A DNA stretch of 35,989 nucleotides from Planctomycetota bacterium (GCA_031382605.1 JANMYZ010000511.1:1-35989), one strand, 5' to 3'. Numbered from the stretch's first letter, positions 18,095 to 27,344 are shown. Translations and numbers: made by a program. Notes: generated by a model not told the origin, from the sequence alone.

Positions 18095-19357
18095 TCAGAT
18101 CCAACGTCTCAAGAGTAACATCGCATTTCCAATCATGCGTACTCGCCAAGGCGGACGATGAGAGTCCGCCGTCAGATCTAGCGACACCGCGCTGTCTTCT
18201 TGCAGGATTTTTTCCACCGCACGCACTGACGCGGACGTCGTCAGCACCACGTCTGCTTCCAGATCATGACGCAAACTGCGGTGATTGAGGTTGGTCGAAC
18301 CGATCGATACCCAATCATCAATCAGCATGGTTTTGGCGTGCAGCATGCGGGGTTGATAATACAGCAAGCGCACGCCGACTTGCGCGAGCGCATCCGCAAA
18401 CGTTGCCGCCACATAGGACATGAACCACACATCGGATTGCGCCGGCACGATGACGCGCACATCGACGCCATTAGCTGCCGCTGCGCCAAGCGCTTTGATC
18501 AAGCTGCCTTGCGGCACAAAATAGGCATTGGCGATCCACACGCGTTGCCGCGCATGGGTAATACGCGCGAGCAAATCACGATAATATAAACGCCGCATAC
18601 GCAGGCCGTGATTCAAGCGCACCAGTCCATCAAGCGGCTGAGACAAATGCAGGCTGCGCAGACTAAACGACGGATAGAGACGCAAGCCAACCACCCGCCA
18701 TGAACGTCGCCACGCGGCGATGAAGGCGCGCATAAGCACTCGCACGCCATCGCCTTCGACGCGCGCAACGGTGTCTCGCCACGCGCTATCACCCATCAAT
18801 GCTGCCGAATGTTCGTGGGTCAGATTCATCGAGCCAACCCAGGCAAGGCGCCCATCGATGATGCACATTTTGCGATGATTACGCCGGTTAAAGTAACGAA
18901 ACCAGCGACCAGCTGATTCCAGACGTTGACGCGTGGGAATCGAAAAGTGCGTGAGTTGCCAGGGCGTCGGATGATAAACACGAATGTGCACGCCCTGTCG
19001 ACTGAGCTCGCCGGCAGCACGTTCCAGCCAGACACCAGAACCAATACCATCCACCGCCACCATCACCTCGACTCCACGTTTTGCCGCCGCGATCAGCGCT
19101 GCTTCTACTCGACGACCGATGGCGTCGTCGCCGAAAATGTACATTTCGAGCAAGATCAAACGCTTTGCCTGAGCAAGGTCCTGTTCGAGCTCACGCAGAT
19201 ACGTGTCGAAATCCGCTGTGATTCGTTCGCTCTGCCAACGCCCGGTCGGCGCTGGTGGAGCCGATGGAGCCGCAGGCAGACGCAGACCCAGCAGCTTGCG
19301 GGTGATGCGCCGCAATGCCGTCGGGCGTCGTTGAGCAATGGCGGCTACGTCAGGCAT
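18095..19357 (-). CDS. clsB: Phospholipase D family protein, ClsB-like cardiolipin synthase
   Basis: Two HKD motifs, HRKMCIIDGRLAWVGSMNL and LHAKTMLIDDWVSIGSTNLNHRS. Its stop lies 1 nt from the start of the EEP gene. Confidence 0.85.
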   Translation of the reverse strand: MPDVAAIAQRRPTALRRITRKLLGLRLPAAPSAPPAPTGRWQSERITADFDTYLRELEQDLAQAKRLILLEMYIFGDDAIGRRVEAALIAAAKRGVEVMVAVDGIGSGVWLERAAGELSRQGVHIRVYHPTPWQLTHFSIPTRQRLESAGRWFRYFNRRNHRKMCIIDGRLAWVGSMNLTHEHSAALMGDSAWRDTVARVEGDGVRVLMRAFIAAWRRSWRVVGLRLYPSFSLRSLHLSQPLDGLVRLNHGLRMRRLYYRDLLARITHARQRVWIANAYFVPQGSLIKALGAAAANGVDVRVIVPAQSDVWFMSYVAATFADALAQVGVRLLYYQPRMLHAKTMLIDDWVSIGSTNLNHRSLRHDLEADVVLTTSASVRAVEKILQEDSAVSLDLTADSHRPPWRVRMIGNAMLLLRRWI

Positions 19358-19425
19358 GTGGACACACCATATACCGACGAGTGGTTTCTGCGCGAGGTAG
19401 GGATTCCCTCGCGCTGTGCGATTAG

Positions 19426-19859
19426 CCTAAAAACGCAGTAGAGAATCATTTTACCGCAATACCCCGTTTGGGCACTTAGCCGCCAAGAGCGCAAAGGACT
19501 TACAGCAAAAAATAAGAGGCTCTTCAGTGTTTCGTGTGGGTTCAATCTCATTGGACAGCCAAAGAAGAAAACATCGAACAGGAGACGCGGAGACGCAGAG
19601 ATCGGAGGAGGGTAAGATGCTTGCCGGAGAGAATATGCCTTTCACTCCTCTTACCTCCGCGTCTCCGCGCCTCCTGTTCGATTTTCTTCCCGCTTTGATG
19701 AGCCCCAAGGACGGAGAAAAGACCCACACTGAACGACGCAGAGCCAAATAAGACTCATCTGTTTAGTGAAGCCCTGATCATACGAAATTGAATTCAAAAT
19801 CCTGACTTTCCTCTGCCTCTTTGCGACTTTGCGGTGGAATTTTGAATTCCTACTGCCGC
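19426..19859 (+). mobile_element. Family-A MITE-like element interrupted by a nested second element; B-end terminus degenerate
   Basis: The A-end is cctaaaaacgcagtagagaatcattttaccgc. The B-half (19754-19859) matches the copy at 33198. The terminal gtttagg is missing, and the element ends 8 nt from the minus-strand TGA at 19868-19870. Confidence 0.85.
19518..19745. mobile_element. Family-B MITE-like element (228 bp) nested inside a family-A copy
   Basis: Flanked by a perfect 8-bp direct duplication aaataaga (19510-19517 and 19746-19753). Its ends are ggctcttcagtg...cgacgcagagcc (imperfect inverted repeats). It has a long internal palindrome, gaagaaaacatcgaacaggagacgcggagacgcagag paired with cctccgcgtctccgcgcctcctgttcgattttcttc. 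Confidence 0.85.
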
Positions 19860-19867
19860 CACAATGA

Positions 19868-22156
19868 TCAGTGCGGGAAATCCGTTCCTTTGGAAACTTC
19901 GTTCAGCGCCTGCCAAAGGGCTTCGAATTGATCCCGCGCTTGCCCACCGAGGGTATCTGTTAGCGGCGTGGTGACGCCATCGGGTGAAAACTTGGGCATG
20001 CGCGTGGTTGGATCAAAGCTCAACGGATTGAGCATCCAACGATGGTAATAATCTTTTTGCAGGCGCTGATTGGCATAGCCCAGGTTGACGCCAGGGGCTT
20101 CAAACACCGCTACCGCAGGCGCGGCACCAACGCCATGGCATTGGATACAATTGAATCCGCCATCACCACCGAGCAACTTGTGACCATCTTCAGCGCCAGG
20201 TCCAGGTGATGGTGGATCTGCCGGAGTTACGGGCGGCAAACCGTGCGACATCGCCACGCCTTGCCCCAACAAATCCGCGCCCGCCGGAAATGCTGGCATG
20301 CGTAAATTCAGCCATGGTCGCGTGCGATAGGGAAGTTGTCCGCTAACGAATTTGGCAAGCCATTCCGGACGCAACTTATCACCACTCAGGGTCAAGGATG
20401 GAGCTGGATTCACCGCCGCAGCACCGCCATTTTCTCCGTGGTCAGCGCTTACTGGCGGTTCAGGCGGCAAGGTCGCCAATAATTTCTCAATCGTCGTGCT
20501 CATGCCAGAAATCACCGACAAGTTATTATCGCGTTGATGGCAAGCGTTGCAGCGCTGTGCTGCGATGTGACGCTCGGCAAACTCAACGGTGTCGCGGGTA
20601 AGCAGGGCTTTGTGATTGGTTTTAACAAAGCCACGGAGAGCCAAAACTTGATCTTTGCTAAAGCCGAAATCCGGCGCGCGGCCACGGGCCTTGTCGTCCG
20701 TCGCAAGACAACCATTCGCGCGATTCTGTGCCAGGTCGGCTAATTTGTTGCCGATCACTGCCGGTATGTCGCCCATTTGGTGGCACGATGCGCAGCCTGC
20801 CCCAGCCATCAAAATCTTGCCAATGTTCGCGTCACCGCCGCTGATCTTCTTTGGTTCTTCGCCGCCGTTTTTCAGCACGTACGCCGCCAGCGCGTTCGCT
20901 TCGGCTTCGTCAAAACCAAACTTCGGCATCTTGATCCACGCGTAATGTTTGGCCGGTTCGCGTAAAAAGGCCACCAACGCGGCGGGCTTCCATTTGGCCT
21001 GCGCATGCGTCAGCGGAATATGCGCCGGAGTATCACCGTTCGCCAAGTGACAGGATGCGCAGGCAAGTTTGGCAAACAAATGGCCACCACGGGCGAGCGT
21101 GGCTTCATCAGATTGAAAAGTATCGACTTGAGGAGTAGCGGCATCCGCTTTGCCCAAGGTCGCCAGATATGCCGCCATCGAAGCGGCTTCGCCATCAAGA
21201 TCGGCTTCGGATTTTCCGTCAGCGACTAACAGCTTGGGCATGCTGGCATGCGCACGCAGGGCTTTCGGATCGCGGATCCAGGCCGCCATCCAACCGTGAT
21301 TCAGGCGCGCGCCGACCTCACGCAAGTCAGGAGCGTCGATGGCCAATTCGGGCATGCCGTTGGCCGTGGCCGGATCAGCCGCGTGGCATTTGGTACAGCG
21401 CATGGTGGCGACCATTTCGCGACCTTGGCGCAACTTGGTAGCAGCGCGCATTTCTTTGGTGCCGGTATTGTGCGTGAGCAACGTGAGCGGCACAGGCTCA
21501 ACGGGAATTTCATCCGTTGCCCAAAACAACCGCAGACGAGCGTCTCCCTCTGCCGGGCTTTTGTAGGCCAAAGAAAGCGCATTCGCACCTTTGTTGAGTT
21601 TTATTTTCCCAGGCTTTCCTGCCGCTAAATCAGGACCCGTCATTTCCAAGACCACGGTTCCATTCACCGTGAAGGTCAACGAACCGCTGCCTTCGGCGGT
21701 GAACGTTACTTTGTCCCACACATCTTTATTGATGAATCCTTCAAACGTCGCGGTGAACGGGCCTGCCGCAACAAATGGTGTGGGCGCGGTGCCGGCTGGA
21801 ACATACAGCGCCAGCGCGCGTGCAGTGCGTTGGTCGACGTCACCACCAGCTTGTGACTGAACGATCATGGTGAGACCAGATTCGATCACCACGGCGGGTA
21901 GCTCTGGTGGCTTGGGTGGAATCGTCGGAGCGACGATCACCTCTGGAATCACGGGCTTCACGTCGGTGGTTGGCGGCTGAGCAACCGGCAGCGGTTGAAC
22001 TGGCTTACCGCCATCAACCACCACCGGCGCGGAAACCAGCGCTGGTCGTGGCCAAAACAATAACGTGGCATTACCCGCCACCACCAACGCGACCAACGCG
22101 ATGCTCAGTGGCAGATTCAATGGCGGACGATGGTCGGAAGAGGTCGGCTTGGTCAC
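19868..22156 (-). CDS. Membrane-anchored multiheme c-type cytochrome (five CxxCH) with Pro-rich linker and beta-sandwich (PA14-like) domain
   Basis: GTG start with aggag 6 nt upstream. N-terminal TM helix. Heme motifs are CTKCH, CASCH, CASCH, CNACH and CIQCH. Confidence 0.85.
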   Translation of the reverse strand: MTKPTSSDHRPPLNLPLSIALVALVVAGNATLLFWPRPALVSAPVVVDGGKPVQPLPVAQPPTTDVKPVIPEVIVAPTIPPKPPELPAVVIESGLTMIVQSQAGGDVDQRTARALALYVPAGTAPTPFVAAGPFTATFEGFINKDVWDKVTFTAEGSGSLTFTVNGTVVLEMTGPDLAAGKPGKIKLNKGANALSLAYKSPAEGDARLRLFWATDEIPVEPVPLTLLTHNTGTKEMRAATKLRQGREMVATMRCTKCHAADPATANGMPELAIDAPDLREVGARLNHGWMAAWIRDPKALRAHASMPKLLVADGKSEADLDGEAASMAAYLATLGKADAATPQVDTFQSDEATLARGGHLFAKLACASCHLANGDTPAHIPLTHAQAKWKPAALVAFLREPAKHYAWIKMPKFGFDEAEANALAAYVLKNGGEEPKKISGGDANIGKILMAGAGCASCHQMGDIPAVIGNKLADLAQNRANGCLATDDKARGRAPDFGFSKDQVLALRGFVKTNHKALLTRDTVEFAERHIAAQRCNACHQRDNNLSVISGMSTTIEKLLATLPPEPPVSADHGENGGAAAVNPAPSLTLSGDKLRPEWLAKFVSGQLPYRTRPWLNLRMPAFPAGADLLGQGVAMSHGLPPVTPADPPSPGPGAEDGHKLLGGDGGFNCIQCHGVGAAPAVAVFEAPGVNLGYANQRLQKDYYHRWMLNPLSFDPTTRMPKFSPDGVTTPLTDTLGGQARDQFEALWQALNEVSKGTDFPH

Positions 22157-22269
22157 GTGCGCTCCTGCTCAAAACGGCAAACGAAGCAGACCAACGTGAT
22201 CCGCTTCGTCCAGTTGTTGTCACGCGGGGTCAGACGCGCCACCAAAGGGATTCAGGATGTCGTGCGCCT

Positions 22270-24642
22270 TTATGGTCCAGCTTGCTCGGGCACGTAATTG
22301 ATGGTGTTGAAGATTTCTTGCTCAATCGCGGCACCATCGGCTGATTTAATTTTGAACTTGATCCGCATCTGCATGACGACCTGGGTTGGCATCTCCATAA
22401 ACACCGACTTCCCATCGGCTGACACGGTTAACCTGCTGATCTCGACCCGATCGTGGCCCTGATCTTTATCGCCAGTGCTGGGCTTGAATTCCGGGGAACC
22501 GTATTCGTTGGTCCACTTATAATTCCATTGCTCGATCGTGTAGTTTTCCCGATTTGCTGCCTCAGTCGGATTGAGTGTGCTTGAAAATGTCAGCGCAATC
22601 CCGTTCTTCTTCACCGCCAGGCCGGTAACGGAATTCAGGGCCTTGCCAGTGTAGCGGATGCGCTGCACGCCGCCCATTTTAGAGCCACTGGTCTGCCAAC
22701 CTTGCAGCCCAGCCAGATACAATTGGCCATCCTTGGGATTGACGCGACCGCGAGCGATGCCGGTGTTGAATTTAAGCGGGAACTGCACCGTGCCGCCCTG
22801 AAACCCGCAGCTCGTCGGGCTATCAGGAATTTTTTCCATCAGCACCAAATGCAACGTGCACTTGCCATAAGAAATATGCAGCAGGCGGTCAGCCAAGGGG
22901 CCCCATTGATTGCCCTTAGTTGACCACACTTGGCCGCCGTTGGAATTATCGACGTTCATCGGCGACCAATAAATTGGCCGCGTGTAATCGCTTGGCGGAG
23001 GGCTGGTATGTGCCAAGTCAGGCACGCCGATGAACAGCGGAATCTTGGTCGGCGGAATCGCCGTGACGCGACATGCCGGAGTCCACGTGCCTTGGTTGTC
23101 ACCGACGGTGACGATGTTATCTGGCCCGCCAAAAGCCGAGCCATTCGGCGCACGTACACCGGTGCCGATGATTTCCAGTTTAGCGCCGTCCTTGCTGACG
23201 CGCATAACCGTACCCGCGTGTTTGCTGATGGTTTCCCAGCCGCGTCCACCCGGGCGCACCGGGCCGCCCTTAGCGAAAATAAAATTGCCGTGGTTGTCGG
23301 TGTGCAGATCCAGCGCGAATTCGTGAAAATTTGGCGTGACGTGCATGTCGTTATTGAAATTTTCAAAGTAATCAGCCTCGCCGTCACCGTTCACATCGTG
23401 CAGACGGGTGATCTGATCGCGACCCAACGTATAGATGGTATCGTCGACGATTTTCAGGCCCAACGTTTGATAAAGCCCAGCCGCGTAGCGCTTCCAGACA
23501 ATTTTCTCAAGCTTGTCATCAAGGCCGCTGATCACCCACACATCACCGTTCCACGTCGACACCGCCGCACGACCATCGCGGAAGAAATCGATGCCACCCA
23601 GGCGCAGCCGTGAACCGTAGGGGTTGTCTTTTGCATCGGCAGGCGTGGTGATGGTGTCCACGACGTAGGCCGCATCGCCCGTGCCCAACGATCCTTTCAC
23701 CTCGACGGTTTCTTTCCATAACACCGGCCCGCCTTTGGTCAGCGTCGTCGGATCAACCGCTGGGGTCGCACCCGTGAGCGCGTCGGCGTCTTCGGCCATG
23801 ACCAACTTGAACACGCCTGCCGCTCCAGCGGGCACCTTCATTAAAATGCGCTCGCCATCGATCACCAACATCACCCCCGCAGGAGCGTCGATCAGCGTCG
23901 CAGCCAGTTGCTTGCCATCGCCACTGAGCGTTGCGATTCCTCCGTTGACGGCGCCCGCACCCTTGGGCAGATCGCTGACCACCATGGACGAGGCCGCAGC
24001 AAACTTGGCGAGCTTAAACGTGCGACTGATGGCTTTGCCATTGGTTTCCAATGCTGGCGTTTCCAACACCGCCGAACCACCGACGGTGTAGGAAAGCACG
24101 GTTTTTTCTCCGTTGAGATACACGCCTTTCCATTTCGCCCAATCGGCGGGCAACGGACCAAACGGTTCACTGCGTGGATCATGAAGCGTCTCGCCCTTCG
24201 ACCAGCCTGGGGCGACTTTGGTGCCAAAGAACTGCTTGCCCGCAACTTTGGGACCAGACTCGCCATGGCCACCGTCATAAGCAACGCCGCGCAGATTAAG
24301 GAAACCACCCGTCCAACCTGCGGAATAGCGCAGCAAATCCGTATCAAAACACACTCCGGCTTGAAGTCCTTCAACGCCGAATTTGGCCCCCAGATTTACC
24401 GCAACCCCCTTCATCGCGATATTCTTATCCGGCCATTGGGCCGTGATGGTGGCGGAGTGAATCGGACCCGTATCCATTTTTCGGAACCATTCTTTATTAT
24501 CTCGTTTTTTCTTCTCGGCTTCCGTCTTCTTTTCGGCTTCAAGCTTCTTTTTGTCCGTATCGCTTTGGCTATCCGCCGCACCAACCCAACAGGCCAGCAA
24601 TGGAATAAGGGCGAGCGAACGAACGAGGGTAAACAGTTTCAT
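22270..24642 (-). CDS. Secreted beta-propeller protein of the PVC 'membrane-bound dehydrogenase domain' type (glucose/sorbosone-dehydrogenase-like), without a heme domain
   Basis: The ATG at 24642 has aaggagg 7 nt upstream and gives the signal peptide MKLFTLVRSLALIPLLACWVGAA. Hallmark DVNGDGEADYFENFNND...FHEFALDL. No CxxCH anywhere. Confidence 0.82.
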   Translation of the reverse strand: MKLFTLVRSLALIPLLACWVGAADSQSDTDKKKLEAEKKTEAEKKKRDNKEWFRKMDTGPIHSATITAQWPDKNIAMKGVAVNLGAKFGVEGLQAGVCFDTDLLRYSAGWTGGFLNLRGVAYDGGHGESGPKVAGKQFFGTKVAPGWSKGETLHDPRSEPFGPLPADWAKWKGVYLNGEKTVLSYTVGGSAVLETPALETNGKAISRTFKLAKFAAASSMVVSDLPKGAGAVNGGIATLSGDGKQLAATLIDAPAGVMLVIDGERILMKVPAGAAGVFKLVMAEDADALTGATPAVDPTTLTKGGPVLWKETVEVKGSLGTGDAAYVVDTITTPADAKDNPYGSRLRLGGIDFFRDGRAAVSTWNGDVWVISGLDDKLEKIVWKRYAAGLYQTLGLKIVDDTIYTLGRDQITRLHDVNGDGEADYFENFNNDMHVTPNFHEFALDLHTDNHGNFIFAKGGPVRPGGRGWETISKHAGTVMRVSKDGAKLEIIGTGVRAPNGSAFGGPDNIVTVGDNQGTWTPACRVTAIPPTKIPLFIGVPDLAHTSPPPSDYTRPIYWSPMNVDNSNGGQVWSTKGNQWGPLADRLLHISYGKCTLHLVLMEKIPDSPTSCGFQGGTVQFPLKFNTGIARGRVNPKDGQLYLAGLQGWQTSGSKMGGVQRIRYTGKALNSVTGLAVKKNGIALTFSSTLNPTEAANRENYTIEQWNYKWTNEYGSPEFKPSTGDKDQGHDRVEISRLTVSADGKSVFMEMPTQVVMQMRIKFKIKSADGAAIEQEIFNTINYVPEQAGP

Positions 24643-24735
24643 AAGCGCAGCCTCCTTCACGGGGGACGATAAGAAACATGACATACCCCAACGTGGCCCT
24701 GACATTGACGACTATTTTACCACTCCACCTTTCAG

Positions 24736-24770
24736 CTGAAAAAACGCAGGAGAGAACCATTTTACCGCAA
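24736..24770 (+). mobile_element. Solo A-end fragment of the family-A element
   Basis: ctgaaaaaacgcaggagagaaccattttaccgcaa matches the first ~35 nt of the full copies, and the remainder is absent. It lies in the divergent intergenic region between the two paralogs. Confidence 0.5.
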
Positions 24771-24936
24771 CTGTTTTAGCGGTTACCGCGTGAAACCACA
24801 GTGCTCATCAACTTTTTTATCGTGTCACGGTATCATTGCTTGCTCACACTTTCCATTGACTTGATTGCCGCTCACAAAGATTGAATCCACAGTCCGCGCC
24901 TCAATCAAACCCATCAGTTACCAGTCCGAGGATTCT

Positions 24937-27162
24937 ATGTCATTCAAAGCTTATTGTGCTTATTGTGCCGTTGCGCTTACTCTTTTTACCAGCTCGCTCA
25001 TTCTTTGCGCCGAGGATAAAGCCGCTAAACAACCTTATCGTCAAATGGATTACGGCCCGAGTTTGAATTGGACGTACCAAGTCGCTGGTGATCACATCGT
25101 TTACAAAGGAATCGCCGTTCAAGTGGACGATGCAGCTGGTGGTATCGGCAAAGGTCATGCCTGGATGGTTTTTGATCACGACACGCTTTCGATGGCGGCC
25201 GCGTGGGTCACGCCAGAAGGATCGGACAAGGCACCGTTTATTGACTGGAAGGGTGTGGCCTTCGATAGCTCACACAGCAGCCATCCTTTCATTGCTGGTA
25301 AAACCGTTTTCGTCAATCGCCCAGGCCCTGGATATGCGTACCCTGCTAACGGCTCATTTGATGACCCGCGTTATGTCAGTCCTGTGGATCACAAAATGTA
25401 TGGTCCAATTCCTCGCGAATGGGCACATTTCCAGGGACTTTATCGTTCGGAAAATAAAGTCGTCATTGCTTATACTGTGGGGAAAACGTCAGTCCTTGAG
25501 TTGCCTGGCTATGATCGTTCATCCAGTATCTTCTCTCGTACTTTTTATATCGAAAAAAACGTCAAGCCATTGATCTTGCGCGTCGCGCCAGAAACGACGG
25601 CGGTGACAATTTCCGGTTTAGCTAGCTCTTCATTGAAAAAAAATAGCGGCTCATGGTTCCTCAATATACCGGCTTCAACCAAACCATTACGCTTTAAACT
25701 TATGCTCAGCGATGTTGCGCCGGCCGCCGCGGCCGTGAAAGACCAAGAAAAAATTGAGGAAATCGAACGGTTGTGTAAGGGCGGAAAGAGTGTCTGGACT
25801 GAGACGGTCACCACGACCATCGCCAAAGTCGAGAGCGGCCATGGCCTAACTTCTGAAACGTTGACGTTGCCCGACAATAACCCATGGAAATCATGGATTC
25901 GTACGGGTGGATTTGACTTTTTCGCCGATGGCAAGCGCGCGGCCGTGTGCACCTGGAGCGGAGACGTTTGGATGGTTAGTGGTGTTGACGGAGCCGTCGG
26001 CGCAGAACTTAAATGGAAACGCGTTGCCTCTGGTTTATTTCAAGCGCTTGGGGTTAAAATTGTCAACGACAAGATTTACGTTTCATGCCGCGATCAAATC
26101 GTGCGCTTAAATGATGTGAACGGCGACGGCGAAACTGACTTTTATGAGAACTTTAACAACGACCATCAGGTAACCGAGCACTTCCATGAATTTGCCATGG
26201 GACTGCAAGCCGACAAACAGGGTAATTTTTACTACGCTAAATCCGCTCGTCATGCTTTGCCGGGGCTTATTCCGCAACACGGCACGCTCATGCGCGTTTC
26301 GGCAGATGGAATGAAAAGTACCATCGTCGCCACCGGTTTTAGAGCGGCCAATGGCGTGTGCGTCAATGATGACGGCACCTTTTATGTCACCGATCAAGAG
26401 GGTCATTGGACGCCGAAGAACCGCATCAACTTGGTCAAAGAGGGTGGTTTTTATGGCAACATGAATACCTTGCTGCCCAAAGAACAGACTTCAGAAGATA
26501 GCGCGATGAACCAACCGCTAGTGTGGATAACCAACAACTGTGATCGTTCGCCTGGGGAACTCGTCAACGTTAAGAGTTCTCCTTGGGGCGACCTCAATGG
26601 AAAACTTCTCAACGTGTCGTATGGAACCGGACAAATCTTTTTAGTTTTGAAAGAAAGCGTTGGTCGCATGCAACAAGGCGGAGTCGTTCCGCTACCGCTA
26701 CGCTTTCCTACCGGCATTATGCGTGGCCGTTTCCACGCCAACGGTGATTTCTATGCCTGTGGTTTGGTTGGTTGGTCATCAAATACCAGCAAACCCGGTG
26801 GCTTCTACCGCATTAAATTGACCGATCCCCTTGATGTTCCCGTGAGCTTATCCGCAACCAAAAAAGGAATTATCGTCGGCTTCGCTCAAACGCTTGATAA
26901 GGAAACTGCGACGAGTACGGACGCTTACGTTATAAAAGCCTGGGACCTCAAACGTAGCGCGAATTACGGTTCCAACCACATCAACGAACATGCTTTAGAA
27001 ATCAGCGGAGTTGACCTCCTGCCAGATGGCAAGTCCGTGCTTATCAAAGCCGCCAACCTTGCGCCAACCTGGGGTATGTCGATTAAAATTCGCATCAAGA
27101 CTGCTGACGGCAAAGCCGTTGCGTGCGAGATCAATAATTCAATTTTCGCTTTGAAAGAATAA
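24937..27162 (+). CDS. Paralog of 22270..24642: secreted beta-propeller dehydrogenase-like protein, AT-richer
   Basis: The ATG at 24937 (gagga upstream) gives the signal-like MSFKAYCAYCAVALTLFTSSLILCAEDK. The ORF track starts at the TTG at 24865. It is collinear with the paralog, for example DVNGDGETDFYENFNND...FHEFAMGL and GDVWMVSG versus GDVWVISG. Confidence 0.82.
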   Translation: MSFKAYCAYCAVALTLFTSSLILCAEDKAAKQPYRQMDYGPSLNWTYQVAGDHIVYKGIAVQVDDAAGGIGKGHAWMVFDHDTLSMAAAWVTPEGSDKAPFIDWKGVAFDSSHSSHPFIAGKTVFVNRPGPGYAYPANGSFDDPRYVSPVDHKMYGPIPREWAHFQGLYRSENKVVIAYTVGKTSVLELPGYDRSSSIFSRTFYIEKNVKPLILRVAPETTAVTISGLASSSLKKNSGSWFLNIPASTKPLRFKLMLSDVAPAAAAVKDQEKIEEIERLCKGGKSVWTETVTTTIAKVESGHGLTSETLTLPDNNPWKSWIRTGGFDFFADGKRAAVCTWSGDVWMVSGVDGAVGAELKWKRVASGLFQALGVKIVNDKIYVSCRDQIVRLNDVNGDGETDFYENFNNDHQVTEHFHEFAMGLQADKQGNFYYAKSARHALPGLIPQHGTLMRVSADGMKSTIVATGFRAANGVCVNDDGTFYVTDQEGHWTPKNRINLVKEGGFYGNMNTLLPKEQTSEDSAMNQPLVWITNNCDRSPGELVNVKSSPWGDLNGKLLNVSYGTGQIFLVLKESVGRMQQGGVVPLPLRFPTGIMRGRFHANGDFYACGLVGWSSNTSKPGGFYRIKLTDPLDVPVSLSATKKGIIVGFAQTLDKETATSTDAYVIKAWDLKRSANYGSNHINEHALEISGVDLLPDGKSVLIKAANLAPTWGMSIKIRIKTADGKAVACEINNSIFALKE

Positions 27163-27167
27163 AGGAT

Positions 27168-27344
27168 AAATAAAGGACGGCGCGCCGGGCAGGCCGGCTA
27201 AGAGTTGGGGCTGCAAGACCATCACCCGTTTTCCCGGTGGATGGTCGGCAGCGGAAGTTGTCACTCGGCCTAGTGGTCACGATAAAAGACGCGACCATAG
27301 AGAGCGTCATCACATTGACTTCGCTCTAGAAAGGTGGCGAGACA
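27168..27344 (+). repeat. 177-bp direct repeat, copy A
   Basis: Identical to 30121..30297 except at 27175 (g/t) and 27259 (t/c). Starts 6 nt after the stop of the upstream gene. Confidence 0.95.

Noticed and set aside
19451-19751. ORFs of 98 aa (minus) and 74 aa (plus) between the clsB-like and cytochrome genes
   Set aside because: Both lie inside the nested MITE pair and mirror each other because of the palindrome. They are not credible genes.
22930-24672. Plus-strand ORFs of 227 aa and 254 aa (22930..23613 and 23908..24672)
   Set aside because: They are antisense to the well-supported propeller protein gene, and their Arg-rich translations carry no motifs. They are shadow ORFs.
24865-24936. 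N-terminal extensions from TTG/GTG starts in the ORF track (24865, 30430, 13186, 4520, 5166, 5920, 33522, and 24705 on the minus strand)
   Set aside because: In each case an internal ATG gives a proper signal peptide or the conserved N-terminus, often with a better Shine-Dalgarno sequence. The extensions are not protein-like. The true starts remain unverified.
27131-27313. Short minus-strand ORFs across the 177-bp direct repeats (27131..27313 and 29993..30217)
   Set aside because: The track calls different frames in the two near-identical copies. Both run out of the repeat into unrelated sequence, and neither has a convincing RBS or protein-like composition.
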